Shown in pieces: positions 26,797-40,730 of a stretch of 64,000 bases of DNA. The notes under the pieces were generated by a model that was given only the letters and a program-made list of their open reading frames with translations, had not been told where the DNA came from and searched no databases. The position numbers and the translations under genes are program-made. Numbering within the stretch: the stretch's first letter is position 1; each line of letters begins with the position of its first letter. The stretch covers positions 4,898,001 to 4,962,000 of the forward strand of contig OZ024761.1 in the NCBI GenBank assembly GCA_964016885.1, given 5' to 3'. The DNA is from Eledone cirrhosa (taxonomy: Eukaryota).

Positions 26797-27043
26797 GTCA
26801 TCATCATCAGTCCCTTGACCTCAGCAGGGGGGGGGGGTCCTACTACAGCAGCAGCTGACACTCAAAATAGTCTATCAACGGCGGCCGACAACAAATCTGG
26901 TGACGTCATTGGCGTCCAACCAGTTTTTGCGTTGGTGTCCCATCCTGTCCCCCCCTTCAACGGTGCCTAACACGATGGTCTTACACAGGCTGTCATGTCA
27001 TCTGATGTGGTCAAACTAGGCCAGTTTCCTCCCCTTTCACAGT
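26797..27043 (-). mobile_element. decayed 3' end of an RTE-clade LINE with a (GAT)n tail
   Basis: Minus-strand VKGRKLA*FDHIR*HDSLCKTIVLGTVEGG resembles the RTE C-terminal RKL.WFGHv.R.....KTIl.GtvEG. Confidence 0.65.
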
Positions 27044-27057
27044 ATCATACTCATATT

Positions 27058-27841
27058 GGTGTGTGTGGTGTGTGTGTGGTGTGTGTGTGGTGTGTGGTGT
27101 GTGGTGTGTGTGGTGTGTGGTGTGTGTGGTGTGTGTGGTGTGTGTGTGTGGTGTGTGTGTGGTGTGTGGTGTGTGTGGTGTGTGTGTGTGGTGTGTGTGT
27201 GGTGTGTGGTGTGTGTGTGTGGTGTGTGTGGTGTGTCGTGTGTGTGTGTGGTTTTTGGTGTGTGGTGTGTGTGGTGTGCGTGGTGTGTCTGTGGTGTGTG
27301 TGATGTGTGTGGTGTGTGTGTGGTGTGTGTGGTGTGTGTGGTGTGTGTGTGTGATGTGTGGTGTGTGTGGTGTGTGGTGTGTGTGTGTGTGATGTTTGGT
27401 GTGTGTGTGGTGTGTGTGTGATGTTTGGTGTGTGTGTGGTGTGTGTGTGTGGTGTGTGGTGTGTGTGTCGTGTGTGGTGTGTGTGTGTGTGGTGTGTGTG
27501 GTGTGTGCTTGTTGTGTGTGTGGTGTGTGCTTGTTGTGTGTGGTGTGTGTGGTGTGTGCTTGTTGTGTGTGGTGTGTGTGTGGTGTGTGTGGTGTGTGTG
27601 TGTGGTGTGTGTGGTGTGTTTGGTGTGTGGTGTGTGTGTGGTGTGTGCTTGTGGTGTGTGGTGTGTGTGTGGTGTGTGTGCGGTGTGTGTGGTGTGTGTG
27701 GGTGTTGTGTGGTGTGTGTGTGGTGTGTGGTGTGTGTGTGTGGTGTGTGTGGTGTGTGGTGTGTGTGTGTGGTGTGTGTGGTGTGTGGTGTGTGTGTGTG
27801 GTGTGTGTGGTGTGTGGTGTGTGTGTGTGGTGTGTGTGTGA
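27058..27841. repeat. GT/GGT compound microsatellite
   Basis: Seen directly. Confidence 0.95.
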
Positions 27842-28370
27842 TTTCCTCCCGCTATATCCTTTTGAAGAGAATAATAATTGTTTCTACTTTTGGCACAAGG
27901 CCAGCCATTAACCCAGTGTATTACTGGTACTTTATTTTATCGACTCCGTAAGGATGAAAGGCAAAGTTAGCCTCGGCAGGATTTGAACTCAGACGATAAA
28001 GGGCCGTAACTGTTTGCTGCAAAACATGGCGTCCGACCCCCCTCTACCGATACTGCCAATCCAGCGCCGTTTGAGGAGAATAATAATATGTTTAGACTGG
28101 AGACTGAGAAGAAGATGTTAGAGAGTTACGACAGAGAGAGAGGATTGAGGAATGTTCTAAATAGACAGTAACTTCTCATGATTCATACTAAAGGACGGAA
28201 GTACGCTAACTAATGACAAAGTCAATTGGAAACAGATCTGAAGGTATTTCATTATTTCCTTTAATAGCACATACATACATACATACATACATACATACAT
28301 ACATACATACATACATACATACATACATACATACATACATACATACATACGTACATACATACATACATAC

Positions 28371-28750
28371 ATGGTGGCTGCCAACTCGTTTTCGAGTACG
28401 GCCACTACTTTATATCCATGTAGGAGAACCCCTACCGATGCGCTGAACGAGTGTGACTTTTTAGTCCAGCCAGCGACTTGAAAACTCTGGTACAAACACT
28501 ACACTTGTGACAATTACTGACACATAGTGCTGGGCCCATGGTACCATGTGATGACAAGTACAGAGAGATCTCCAGATATAAAGCAATGCCTGTGCCGTGA
28601 AGCTTTTATAGTGAGCAAAGGCACTGCACAAAGCCAGTCCCACTCTCTTAACCAAGATGATATTTACCAAAAAGAAGAACAAGTCAACATCATTGGATAC
28701 CATCAGGGTTGCAGGTGTTATATCAGAGTTTTCCTTCTCCTAGAATTCAT
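28371..28750 (-). mobile_element. non-autonomous non-LTR element with (ATGT)n tail. Copies at 29923-30503, 62290-62650 and 62741-63350; diverged opposite-strand relative at ~50660-51010
   Basis: Four near-identical copies share the left end (catac|atggtggctgccaactcg) and differ in the right end, consistent with 5' truncation. Confidence 0.85.
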
Positions 28751-28893
28751 ACATACATACGTACATACATACGTACATACATACATACATACATACATAC
28801 ATACATACATACATACATACATACCTGCCTACCTACCTACATACATACATACATACATACATACATACATACATACATACATACATACATACA

Positions 28894-29748
28894 TAAAAAA
28901 ATTGACCAATTTACAGAAAATGTTGTGCATGGATACTTGAGGCGTAAAACACAGACCATAGAGGGGATAAACCACTCAAAAAGCCTGGCATGGAGTTCCG
29001 ACAAGTTTATGACATCACACCTTGCAATACAGGAACAAGAACTCCCTACCAAATATCTGCTGCACAAAAGAGGAGGGCCATCAGTTGACAATAAATGTAG
29101 GCTATGTAAAACAAAGATCGAGGATGTAAGCCACATTGTTGCCAGCTGCGAAAGAATGTCATCTCGCTACTACCTCCCCATGAGACACGATGGGATAGCT
29201 AGAACCATCTGGAACGCACTTCGGAAAACAAAATTAACAATAAACGAGGAAGAATATATTGAGACAGATGGCACTAAGGAATACTGGTGGAACCTGAAGA
29301 TAAAAACTGCCATCAAATTAAAGCACAACCGGCCTGATATTGTTGTTTGGGACCACACATTGAAAACGTGTTCTGTTGTGGAGATCAGCTGCCCACTTGA
29401 TGTAAACGTTGTCAGAAAAATACAGGAGAAGGAGGACATCTACGGACCATTGATGAGGAGTTTAGAAATCCAGTATCCAAGATACACCTTTAGCTTCATA
29501 CCCATCATTATTGGAGCTACGGGTTATATACCAACCCGCTTGGACCAAAGTATGACTGAACTTGGATTTGCGGACAAAAAGCGCAGCTCCCTAATTCATA
29601 GTCTACAAATGGCTGCGATAGCTGGCACCTTCAAAATTTGCAAAACATTCTTGCGATTCAAGGGATGACAATTTCTTTTCTTTTACAACCTTGCCACCAG
29701 GAAGGTGGCCGGTCAAAAAAATATACTCGAAATTAAGAGAAAGAGAAA
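28894..29748 (+). mobile_element. R4/Dong-like retrotransposon 3' fragment (CCHC zinc knuckle + restriction-like endonuclease) in (TACA)n
   Basis: CRLCKTKIEDVSHIVASC, RHDGIA, HNRPDIVVWD, VVEISCP, KEDIY, PIIIGATG; stop at 29668. Confidence 0.88.
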
Positions 29749-30500
29749 ACATACATACATACATACATACATACATACATACATACATACATACATACAT
29801 ACATACATACCTACATACATACATGCATACATACCTACATACATACATACACACATACATACATACATACATACATACATACATACATACATACATACAT
29901 ACATACATACATACATACATACATGGTGGCTGCCAACTCGTTTTCGAGTACGACCACTACTTTATATCCATGTAGGAGAACCCCTACCTATGCGCTGAAC
30001 GAGTGTGACTTTTTAGTCCAGCCAGCGACTTGAAAACTCTGGTACAAACACTACACCTGTGACAATTATTGACACATAGTGCTGGGCCCATGGTACCATG
30101 TGACGACAAGTGCAGAGAGATCTCCAGATATAAAGCAATGCCTGTGCCGTGAAGCTTTTATAGTGAGCAAAGGCACTGCACAAAGCCAGTCCCACTCTCT
30201 TAACCAAGATGATATTTACCAAAAAGAAGAAGTCAACATTATTGGATACCATCAGAGTTGCAGGTGTTATATCAGAGTTTTCCTTCTCCTAGAATTCTGC
30301 TTTGACAAAGGCTAAGGGGTCATCTCTCCCGGTGATTTTGGATGGCCATTGACTCTTAACAGCTCCTTTGCCCTTTGACAAGTTTTGTTTTTATTCCTGC
30401 AGGATGTCCAAAGTCACCCTCCTCACCAAGAAAACTTGGTGGAGTTGCCAGTTTAGTCGCCAACGACCCCACCATGAGACAGGTTGTACTGGGATACATG

Positions 30501-30565
<65 letters not shown>

Positions 30566-30571
30566 TTTCTA

Positions 30572-30614
<43 letters not shown>

Positions 30615-30790
30615 ATGTTTGACTCCGACGGCAGAGCTCAAGTCGTCGAAACGGCTTGAGCTCTGCCGTCCGGGTAAAACATTTTCCTATTACCCACTCT
30701 ACTACCCTAAGTATTGAATACTCTGGTGCGTTATGGTCCATCTGGTTCCTTACCACACCTCCTTCGTTATATATATATATATATATATAT

Positions 30791-33361
30791 AAAGAAAAAA
30801 AGATGAAATCGAAAATGCAACTGGAGTCTTATTTTTAAAAATATATATATATTTATTTGGTTCCTTTACCGGTTACGCAATTCTTCTGCTTTAAAAAGTA
30901 GAGTTGAGATGGAGGGTCTGTGGTCTTTCTCACATCCGGTTGGTCTTTGAATGTCACTTGTTTTATATGGAAAAAAGTGGCTCAAAACGACAGGTTTTTA
31001 GAGAAGTAATTTGATTGGTTGGTGAATAAGTATAATAAATTTCACGCCAGATCGCGTTACAAAGAAAGTTTCTTTAAACAGGGGGGCTCAGGTTGTTTTT
31101 TCATATATGAGTGTTTGAATTTCTTTTTACTTTAAAAAAAGGGACTCACGAAGTCTTTTTCTCATAAATGTAATTTGATTGTTTATAAATGAAATTATTT
31201 CTGTCAGGTGAACAAGTTCATTAAATTTCGCGCCCGTATTTGGGAATTTATTTTGTAGCTTTTTAGAGAATTTTGACAAACAAAATATAATGGTCAAGAG
31301 AAATGGGATGGGAGAAGTGTTCTGGTTCAGTGAATATAGCAGGTTGTTTTTTCATATATGAGTGAAGTTTGGTTGGTTGATGTAGTCACGTGAATAAGTA
31401 TATCAGCTTTCGCGTAAGTTTGTTTGAATTTCTTTTTACTTTTAAAAAAGTGGCTCACGAAGGCTTTTTTAATAAATGTAATTTGATTGGTTATAAATGA
31501 AATTATGACTGTCACGTGAACAAGTTCATAAAATTTCGCGCCCGTATTTGGGAATTTATTTTGTAGCCTTTTAGAGAATTTTATGACAAGCAAAAGATAA
31601 TGGTCAAGAGAAATGGGATGGGAGAATTGTTCTGGTTCAGTGAACATGGCTGGTTCGCTGGGGTGTCAGAATTCAGACTTTCTATTGAAATAAAGAAAGT
31701 AGAGATATGTATGTTTATTTGTGTGCTTGTGTGTGTGTGTGTATAGGAAGATGATTCTATTAGTAGAAATGGGGGAGGGAGTTGTGTGTGTGAGTATGTG
31801 TGTGTATATGTGTGTTATGTGTGTGTGTGTGTGGGAGTGTGTTAAGATGGAGAGAATTTATATATTTTGTGTGTGTGTATGTGTGTAGGAAAGTGATTCT
31901 ATTAGTAGAAATGCTATTTAACCCTTTAGCATTTAAACTGGCTGTATCTGGCCAGAATTATCTCACCCTTTTCTGTTCAAGCAGACTGTAACCTGCCACT
32001 TGATGTTAAGTTATTGTTCTCAAACTAAATAATATCAAAATCTGATAGATTGAATACAATGTGAGATATTATGTGAGGTAAGGCCTTTACCGTGAAAATA
32101 CAATAGTAAATGTAGAGTAATGTAAATGCCAAAGGGTCAAGCAAACCATGATTTCTTCAAAAGTGATAAATAGAGAGATGAGGAAGAGACAAAGAAGGAA
32201 GAGGATGATGATGATAAGAAGAAAAACTGAGCTGGAGTTGACAGTTGTTAGTAACATTTGGGATATTTTTCTTTCACCAATCTAGCTCAGTGGGGTAGCA
32301 CCCAGTTAAGCAAACATCACAATATCCACGTTTACCAGCCTCTGCATTGAAAATAGCACCTTTTCTGACAGCTAATTGAAGCCCATAAACAGAGAGATAT
32401 TCTAAGCTGTTGGCACCTAGATGTTCTGCCAGCTCAGTGGAACCATACTTGTTTGCAATCAACTCTTCCCTAGTTGGGATATTTATACCCATATAACATG
32501 GGTGTTTAACAGCTGGAGAAGCCACTCTTATATGGACTTCAGTGGCTCCTGAAGACTTCAGTAGTTTAATGATCGTTGTTCCACGCATAATAGAATCATC
32601 AATAAGGACAATCCGTTTTCCCTTGACATTCTCAGTCAGGGCACCAAATTTCTTAGCAACACCAAGTTGTCGGAGTCTTAAGCTTGTTTGGATGAATGTA
32701 CAACCGACATAGCGGTTTTTACACAAGGAATTCCGAGCATCTCAGCATAGGCTATAGCAGCAGGTGTTGCTGATTCTGGGACAGTACTGACCAGATCTTC
32801 ATCCACAGGAAATTCTATAGCCAGTTGTTGACCACACCTTTTTCTCACAGAATATACGATTTGACCTTCTATAATACTGTCTGGTCGTGCAAAATATACA
32901 TATTCAAATATACAGAAAACAGTGTTTGTTGTCAGGATAGGGCATTCGACAAAGGGACTTAATTCCTGTTTGGCTAATTTCAACTATTTCACCAGGTAAA
33001 ACTTCCCGGATATATTTGGCACCACATTTTTAAGTAAAAAGAAATTCAAACACTCATATATGAACCCCCCCCCCCTGTTTGAAGAACTCTGTAACGCGAA
33101 CTGGCGCGAAATTTATTATAATTATTCATCAACCAATCAAATTACTTCCCTAAAAACCTGGCGTTTCGAGCCACTTTTTTCCATATAAAACAAGTAACAT
33201 TCAGAGACCAACCGGATGTGAGAAAGACCACAGACCCTCCATCTCAATTCTACTTTTGAAAAGCAGAAGAATTGCATAACCGGTAAAGGAACCAAATAAA
33301 TATATATATATTTTTAAAAATAAGACTCCAGTTGCATTTTCGATTTCATTTCGATTTCTTT
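30791..33361. mobile_element. TA-flanked cassette with ~340-bp imperfect terminal inverted repeats carrying a captured PPAT fragment
   Basis: 30791-31138 is the reverse complement of 33027-33361 (e.g. gaaatcgaaaatgcaactggagtcttatttttaaaaa / tttttaaaaataagactccagttgcattttcgatttc); internal tandem duplication at 31089-31335 and 31340-31645. Confidence 0.85.
32274..33024 (-). pseudogene. PPAT: 5'-truncated, intronless, frameshifted amidophosphoribosyltransferase (C-terminal/PRT part)
   Basis: [66 protein letters not shown] (PRPP loop), [35 protein letters not shown]; frameshifts near 32965 and 32720. Confidence 0.93.
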
Positions 33362-33530
33362 ATATATATATATATATATAAAATATGTAGTTTAGAAAGC
33401 CACAGCAATGCAGATGGGAAATCTCGAGGTAGGAAGTGAGTGAGAAATAGGAGAAAAGTGAAAATTGAGAGAAACGAAAAAACGAAAACAAAACAAAGGT
33501 AGAAGGGTTACCGTAGTGGAGATTTAATCC

Positions 33531-33617
33531 CTGTTGGAGACGCAGGACATGGCAGCGATAATGAGGGACAGAGACCGCTGGAGAGAACTCGTCCATGGAT
33601 CTCGGGAATTTTACCCG

Positions 33618-33669
<52 letters not shown>

Positions 33670-34085
33670 AAGGCGGGTAAAATTCCCGAGATCCATGGAC
33701 GAGTTCTCTCCAGCGGTCTCTGTCCCTCATTATCGCTGCCATGTCCTGCGTCTCCAACAGACCAGTGTCTGTCCTTAGGGCATCAACATACGTTAACCTT
33801 GGTCTTCCTCTTCTAGTGTGTCCATGTAGCGGCTCCCAAAGGAGCACTGAGTGCAATGTCAACTCTGGATGTCGGTGAGCATGTCCAGCTAACCTCAGTC
33901 TCCTCTGTGTCACTTTTGAGCTGACTTTTGGGATGGTCCCATACAGCTCTTCATTGCTGTAGTGGAGTCTGTGCTGCTGTATGGGTCTGAGACTTGGACA
34001 CTGACCAACAAACTCACTCAGATGGTGGATGGGTGCTACACGAGAATGCTGAGGATGGCTCTGAACATTAATCAGTATACACTGA

Positions 34086-34090
<5 letters not shown>
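33531..34090 (-). mobile_element. RTE-clade LINE 3' fragments: two tail-to-tail copies around a (TA)n, plus an inverted upstream segment
   Basis: 33668-33913 (-): RRLRLAGHAHR...LLWEP.HG..RRGRP..TYVD...DRDRWR. 33962-34090 (+): ESVLLYGSETWTL...DGCYTRMLR. 33531-33621 (+): second 3' end. Confidence 0.88.
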
Positions 34091-34159
<69 letters not shown>

Positions 34160-34222
34160 GCATATATATAATATTATTCAAAATATTAACAAATGAAGAT
34201 ATTCACATAATCAAAATATATG

Positions 34223-34286
34223 CTTTATTATATATATTTCGAAGGTACTGTGTTCTTGTTTTACAGTACGTTCTCGTCAGATAAAA
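34223..34286 (-). ncRNA. type I hammerhead ribozyme
   Basis: ttttat-CTGACGA-gaa-c-gtactgt...acagtac-c-ttc-GAAA-tatata-TA-ataaag. Confidence 0.8.
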
Positions 34287-34789
34287 TATATGATTTGATA
34301 TATGACATACCTCTATGGTCTTGATAGTTCAATTCCTGTATTGGCAGTGATTTATTTCATCAAATCTTAACATTTATATACCACAAATAATAATTGTTTC
34401 TACTTTAGGCACAAGGCCAGCAATTACCCAGTGCATTACTTGATAAACATAAAGAAGAAAGGGACGTGGAGCGCATTAGAGATATAAGAGAGGGTGTAAA
34501 GAAGAGGAAGGCAAGAAAAAAGAAAGAAAGAAAGAAAGAAAGAAAGAAAAAGAAAGAAAGAAAGAAATAAGGAAAAATAAATACATACATAAATATTTAA
34601 ATGAATAAAAATAAATAAAAGGGTGGATAAATAGAGGAAGAAGAAAGGAAAAATAACGACAAAAGAGAGGGAACATAAAATATATTTTGGGATATATAGA
34701 AAAAACCGTTGTTTTCAAATATTAGGTCAATTGAGGCAACCAATCAATTACCATAAACCATTGAATATCTCTTGTATTTGATTATGGTT

Positions 34790-36050
<1,261 letters not shown>

Positions 36051-36691
36051 TATATATATATATATATTAAAATAACAGATTAAAGTTTAAGCAAACGGGA
36101 TCTTCTGAAACTAACAAAGTCAATCTGTGAACGCAGAAGTGAAATATTGTTTTTTTTATCATGCTGAGTAACCCCCTCACTAACTTCTTACAATCCTATC
36201 TCAACCTCCTTTTCATCTATTGCACCATTTATGTGACAACATTTTTGATGTAATTTTTTATGACATTTTATGACATTATGTGCGTCATGTATTGTGTGTT
36301 TTTCTATATAGCGCTGGCCTTGGGACCCCTACTTGTTATTCCTACACTTATAACGGCTCTGTAGTATACTAGTTATCCTACATTGAGCTAAAACCACACC
36401 GTCATACCAAGGGCAATATATCTGCGTGTGTGCACATTAATATACTTGTCAACGAAAGTATATATATATATAGGAAAAAGCTTAACCCCGACGGCAGAGC
36501 TCAAGCCGTTTCGACGGCTATTTCTGGACTACTATATATATATATATATATTAGATATATATATATATATATATATATATTAATATTGTCTGGGATCCAG
36601 AAACCTTTGGTAATGGAGTAGTTATATTTTGTGTTGTTCACTTTCGAATTAAATAGCTCTGTTCTACACACACACACACACACACACATGC

Positions 36692-36787
<96 letters not shown>

Positions 36788-36888
36788 CGATGAAATATCA
36801 ATGATGGTTGGCAAATCATTGACGAAGAACTATTTTTATCATATGTAACCCATGTGCAACCACGCAGTATTCTTCTTTCTTCTCATGT

Positions 36889-36931
<43 letters not shown>

Positions 36932-37177
36932 AAGATAAAATATATACCATTTCCTCTCCCAATTAGCATAATTAACTATATAAAAAATCGAATAGACCAG
37001 GCTATAAGAATGAGGCTTCTATGAAGAAATCTCCAACAAATAACCGAAACTAGCCCTTCGCGTCGGCCCCAACGGAATATTTATCGAATATTTCGACAGC
37101 GTAATCGACCAGATACAGTCAACTAAACAGAATTAGGTGTAAAATAAACTAGGAGAAAATAGAATACATTTAAATAC

Positions 37178-37261
37178 CTCTGCCATGGTTTCATCCGCAT
37201 TTTGAGTTTTCCAATAATTATGTAATAATTATATAAACTCGAGCACCGGATTCATCAGGAG
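37178..37261 (-). ncRNA. hammerhead-like motif with the cleavage triplet mutated to GCA, inside a cassette bounded by ~77-bp direct repeats (36928-37005, 37586-37663)
   Basis: ctc-CTGATGA-atccg...cggat-GAAAC-catg-GCA-gag. Confidence 0.65.
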
Positions 37262-38004
37262 ATTTGCTCTTATCTAGACACTAAATTTTCCAAAGTGATC
37301 GCGCCAAGAATTCATTCAAAATGGCTAAGAATCGTGACGTAGCGGCGGTCAGGTTGGAAGGGGTGTGGTAGTTGCTTACGACTGGTTGCATTTTTGCTAG
37401 AAAGCACAGCACAATGCAGCCAAATTTGTATCTCAACCTAATGGGAGATTATTACATATAAAAGTTTACATATATATATACATATATATACATATACGTG
37501 TTTTGCAACTGGTCACTTTGTGGCTCAATGAAAAATTAATAAATTAAACAATCAGAGCTATATATCATAAAACATGTCTATAGAATCACAAGATAAAATA
37601 TATACCATTTCCTCTCCCAATTAGCATAATTAACTATATAAAAAATCGAATAGACCAGGCTAAAAATATTATAGAATATTTCAAGTTATAATTTTAAAAT
37701 AATAATATGTATAATAGATTTAGTAAAAATTTACATAATAGTATAAATAAAGTTATAACCCCACTATCCGGGAGCTTCCAACTGTAATGGTTGCATTCTT
37801 TAAGGGTATGTCAATATTTATTTATGAAAGCACACCATAATTTAACTTGGTGTCCTTGAAATATGTATAATGAAATAAATATGGTTTTATAAATATAGTT
37901 TCCATTTGTTAATATCGTATTTTTACTCCAATTATTTGTTGAGTGCTTTATATCAGTTATAAAAATATTTGGTTGTTGCATCCCAACAATTTAAATAGAA
38001 CTTT

Positions 38005-38094
<90 letters not shown>

Positions 38095-38335
38095 TATGTA
38101 TATATATATATATATATTGTTATACTTTGGGAGGGTTATACTTTGCGTGTGTTTCTTATTGGCAACATGACCCTCCGAAAGTATAACAATATCGGTTTCA
38201 ACACACGTTTTCAGATAAAGAATCTTGCTAAACAAATTCAGAAACGAAATGTATATATATATATTGTCCAGAAATAGCCGTCGAAACGGCTTGAGCTCTG
38301 CCGTCGGGGTCATACATTTTCATATATATATATAC

Positions 38336-38474
38336 TAGCTGAGGTACCCAGCTTCGCCAAGGTTAACAAATGATAAGAGAAGACCGGCAGAAGAGAAAAC
38401 GTCTGTATTGAATGGATTGTCTTGTTTACAGTGTGTGTGTGTTGTGTGTGTGTTTGTATATATATGTGTGTGTG

Positions 38475-38507
<33 letters not shown>

Positions 38508-38590
38508 ATATATGTGTGTGTATATATGTGTGTGTGTGTTTGTGTATATATATGTGTGTGTGTATATATATATATATATGTGTGTGTGTG

Positions 38591-38626
<36 letters not shown>

Positions 38627-38693
38627 AGTGTTCGTGTGTGTGTGTGTATATATATATGTGTGTGTGCCTGTGTGAGTGTGTGTGTGTATGTGT

Positions 38694-38725
<32 letters not shown>

Positions 38726-39147
38726 AAACCACCGCTGGAATCGGAGACATAGGCCGCGAAACACGATCATCACTGACAACGAACTCGCAGAAAGAATCCC
38801 TTATGGTTGATTCCCAACCTGCTAGAAATAGCAGTCAGGTTGGTTAGCATATGTGGTATGTCTTTCTTCTTCTTTGGTGTTATAAAATTAGTATCAATAA
38901 ACTTTCCTGGATATACTCTTATCCCAATCCTGTACATACTTTCCGATTGTCACTTTTCGTTTTTTTCATGTGATACGCGAAGGAACCAACCAACAAGCAT
39001 CTCTCTTTTATATCTCTTTTATTTGTTCATTCAAAATATTTTTCAGCTAATTCTGTCGTACAATATACATCAGCAATCGTTATCTAATGTTTAAAACATA
39101 TGAATAGCTGCGATATATGCACCATATCAATCAAAAACGATATCAGA
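38336..39147 (-). mobile_element. non-autonomous Helitron-like element (5' boundary uncertain)
   Basis: Minus strand ends in a GC-rich hairpin-like ccttggcgaagctgggt followed by ...cagCTAG|T, the same terminus as the Helitron at 54600. Confidence 0.5.
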
Positions 39148-39150
39148 ATA

Positions 39151-39181
<31 letters not shown>

Positions 39182-39303
39182 TTTTAGTATATGTTGGTTG
39201 TTTACCGACTCCTCAGTATGCAGATTGGAGCACTCGACGAAGTACGCCGGTTGGTTTGGTTACTCCGGAGTAATGTAAAATAATTAAGTCAAATATTTCA
39301 AAC

Positions 39304-40648
39304 ATGGCTTCGTTTATTAAAGATGTACTGCTATATATATTTCGGTGCAGTATGTCTATCTCCTGGTTGTGTTGTTGTTTCTCTGAGGAACTGGAATCAT
39401 ATGAATTCGAACAAACCAATTTTGGCGTCGTAGGACACTCTCTCCTCCCATTGGTCAGTTGTGAGAACATGTAAAAAGTCTATAGAAATTTTTCTGAGGC
39501 AAGACAATCTGTTGTGGTTGTTTATGTTAAGTACAGCTGACCTCCTCCATTGTGTTGGTAGTGGTAGTGGTGTTAAGGGGTCAGCTGGCAGGTCAGCATT
39601 GGTTTGCTGCTGCTATGTTCAGAAGAATTTGTGTGTGAGGGTTGGCATCTATCCTGCCACCATTTCACGTGACGGTGGGGAGGGGGGGCAAACAGATAAA
39701 AAATAAGATAAAATAAAATAAATAAATAAAAAAAAATAAATAAATAAATAAATAAAATAAAATAAAATGCGTGTGTGTTACAACCAATATCAAAGTTTGA
39801 AAGATTTGGAAAATATTGAGTGAAGTAGAAAGGCTGTGTGTCAGAATCGAGAAGTGCAAAGGATGACAATCTTTACACTATCATGGGATGGCGCGTTTTA
39901 AGAGCAAATGAGACAAGAGTGGAGTGTAAAACACCAGAACCTGAGTGTCAAAATCGGAAATGCAGAAGACTACAGTTCTTATCTCGACATAAAGTACATA
40001 CGCGTGTATGTGAAAAAAACTCTGAACACCTTTACATAGGAGCCACATCAACGAGCTTTAAAGACCGATGGTATAACCATCGCCATTACTTTAATAGGGA
40101 GGACAAAAGGAAAAGTACGGCTCTTTCCGAACTGATCTGGAAGCTGAAGCTGGACGGGACCCCGTACTCTCTGGCCTGGTTCAAAATCAAGAAAGTAGCA
40201 CCTGATAAAGGGGGATCTGGCATCTGCAAACTATGTTTGAGCGAGACCCTCGAGATACTCAGCGGTGGAAGCAGCCTAATAAACATCAGGACTGACTTCT
40301 TCGGGTCATGTAGACGCTGTACTTAACAAAAACAACCACAACAGATTGTCTTGCCTCAGAAAAATTTCTATAGACTTTTGACTGAGGAATGTTATCACAA
40401 CTGACCAATGGGAGGAGAGAGTGTCCTACGACGCCAAAATTCGTTTGTTCGAATTCATATGATTCCAGTTCCTCAGAGGACTAGCAACACAACCAGGAGC
40501 TGGACATATCGGAGTATTGACGGAGTAAAACACTTCAACAACATGTGTACCTGTCTCTACCACATCAATTCGGACTGCCTGAAGAGGTCACAGCCATCAT
40601 GATGGCTGTCACCGAAATATATATAGCATTACATCTTTAATAAACGAA

Positions 40649-40653
<5 letters not shown>
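39304..40653 (+). mobile_element. Penelope-like 3' fragment (GIY-YIG) with an inverted copy of its 3' region placed 5'
   Basis: ORF 39838-40326: LYIGATSTSFKDRWYNHRH...STALSELIWKLK...CKLCLSE. 39304-39537 is the reverse complement of 40316-40653 with an internal deletion. Confidence 0.88.
40576..40628 (+). ncRNA. type I hammerhead ribozyme
   Basis: tgc-CTGAAGA-ggt-c-acagccatc/at/gatggctgt-c-acc-GAAA-tatata-TA-gca; AATAAA follows. Confidence 0.85.

Positions 40654-40730
<77 letters not shown>

Noticed and set aside
30945-30996. hammerhead within the PPAT-cassette arms (tgaat-gtcactt...aagtggc-tc-gaaac)
   Set aside because: Neither arm has an intact CUGANGA, a GUH site or a stem I.
32274-33024. 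functional PPAT gene or horizontally acquired bacterial purF
   Set aside because: It has two frameshifts and lacks the glutaminase N-terminus. The motifs and C-terminus ([12 protein letters not shown]) are animal-like.
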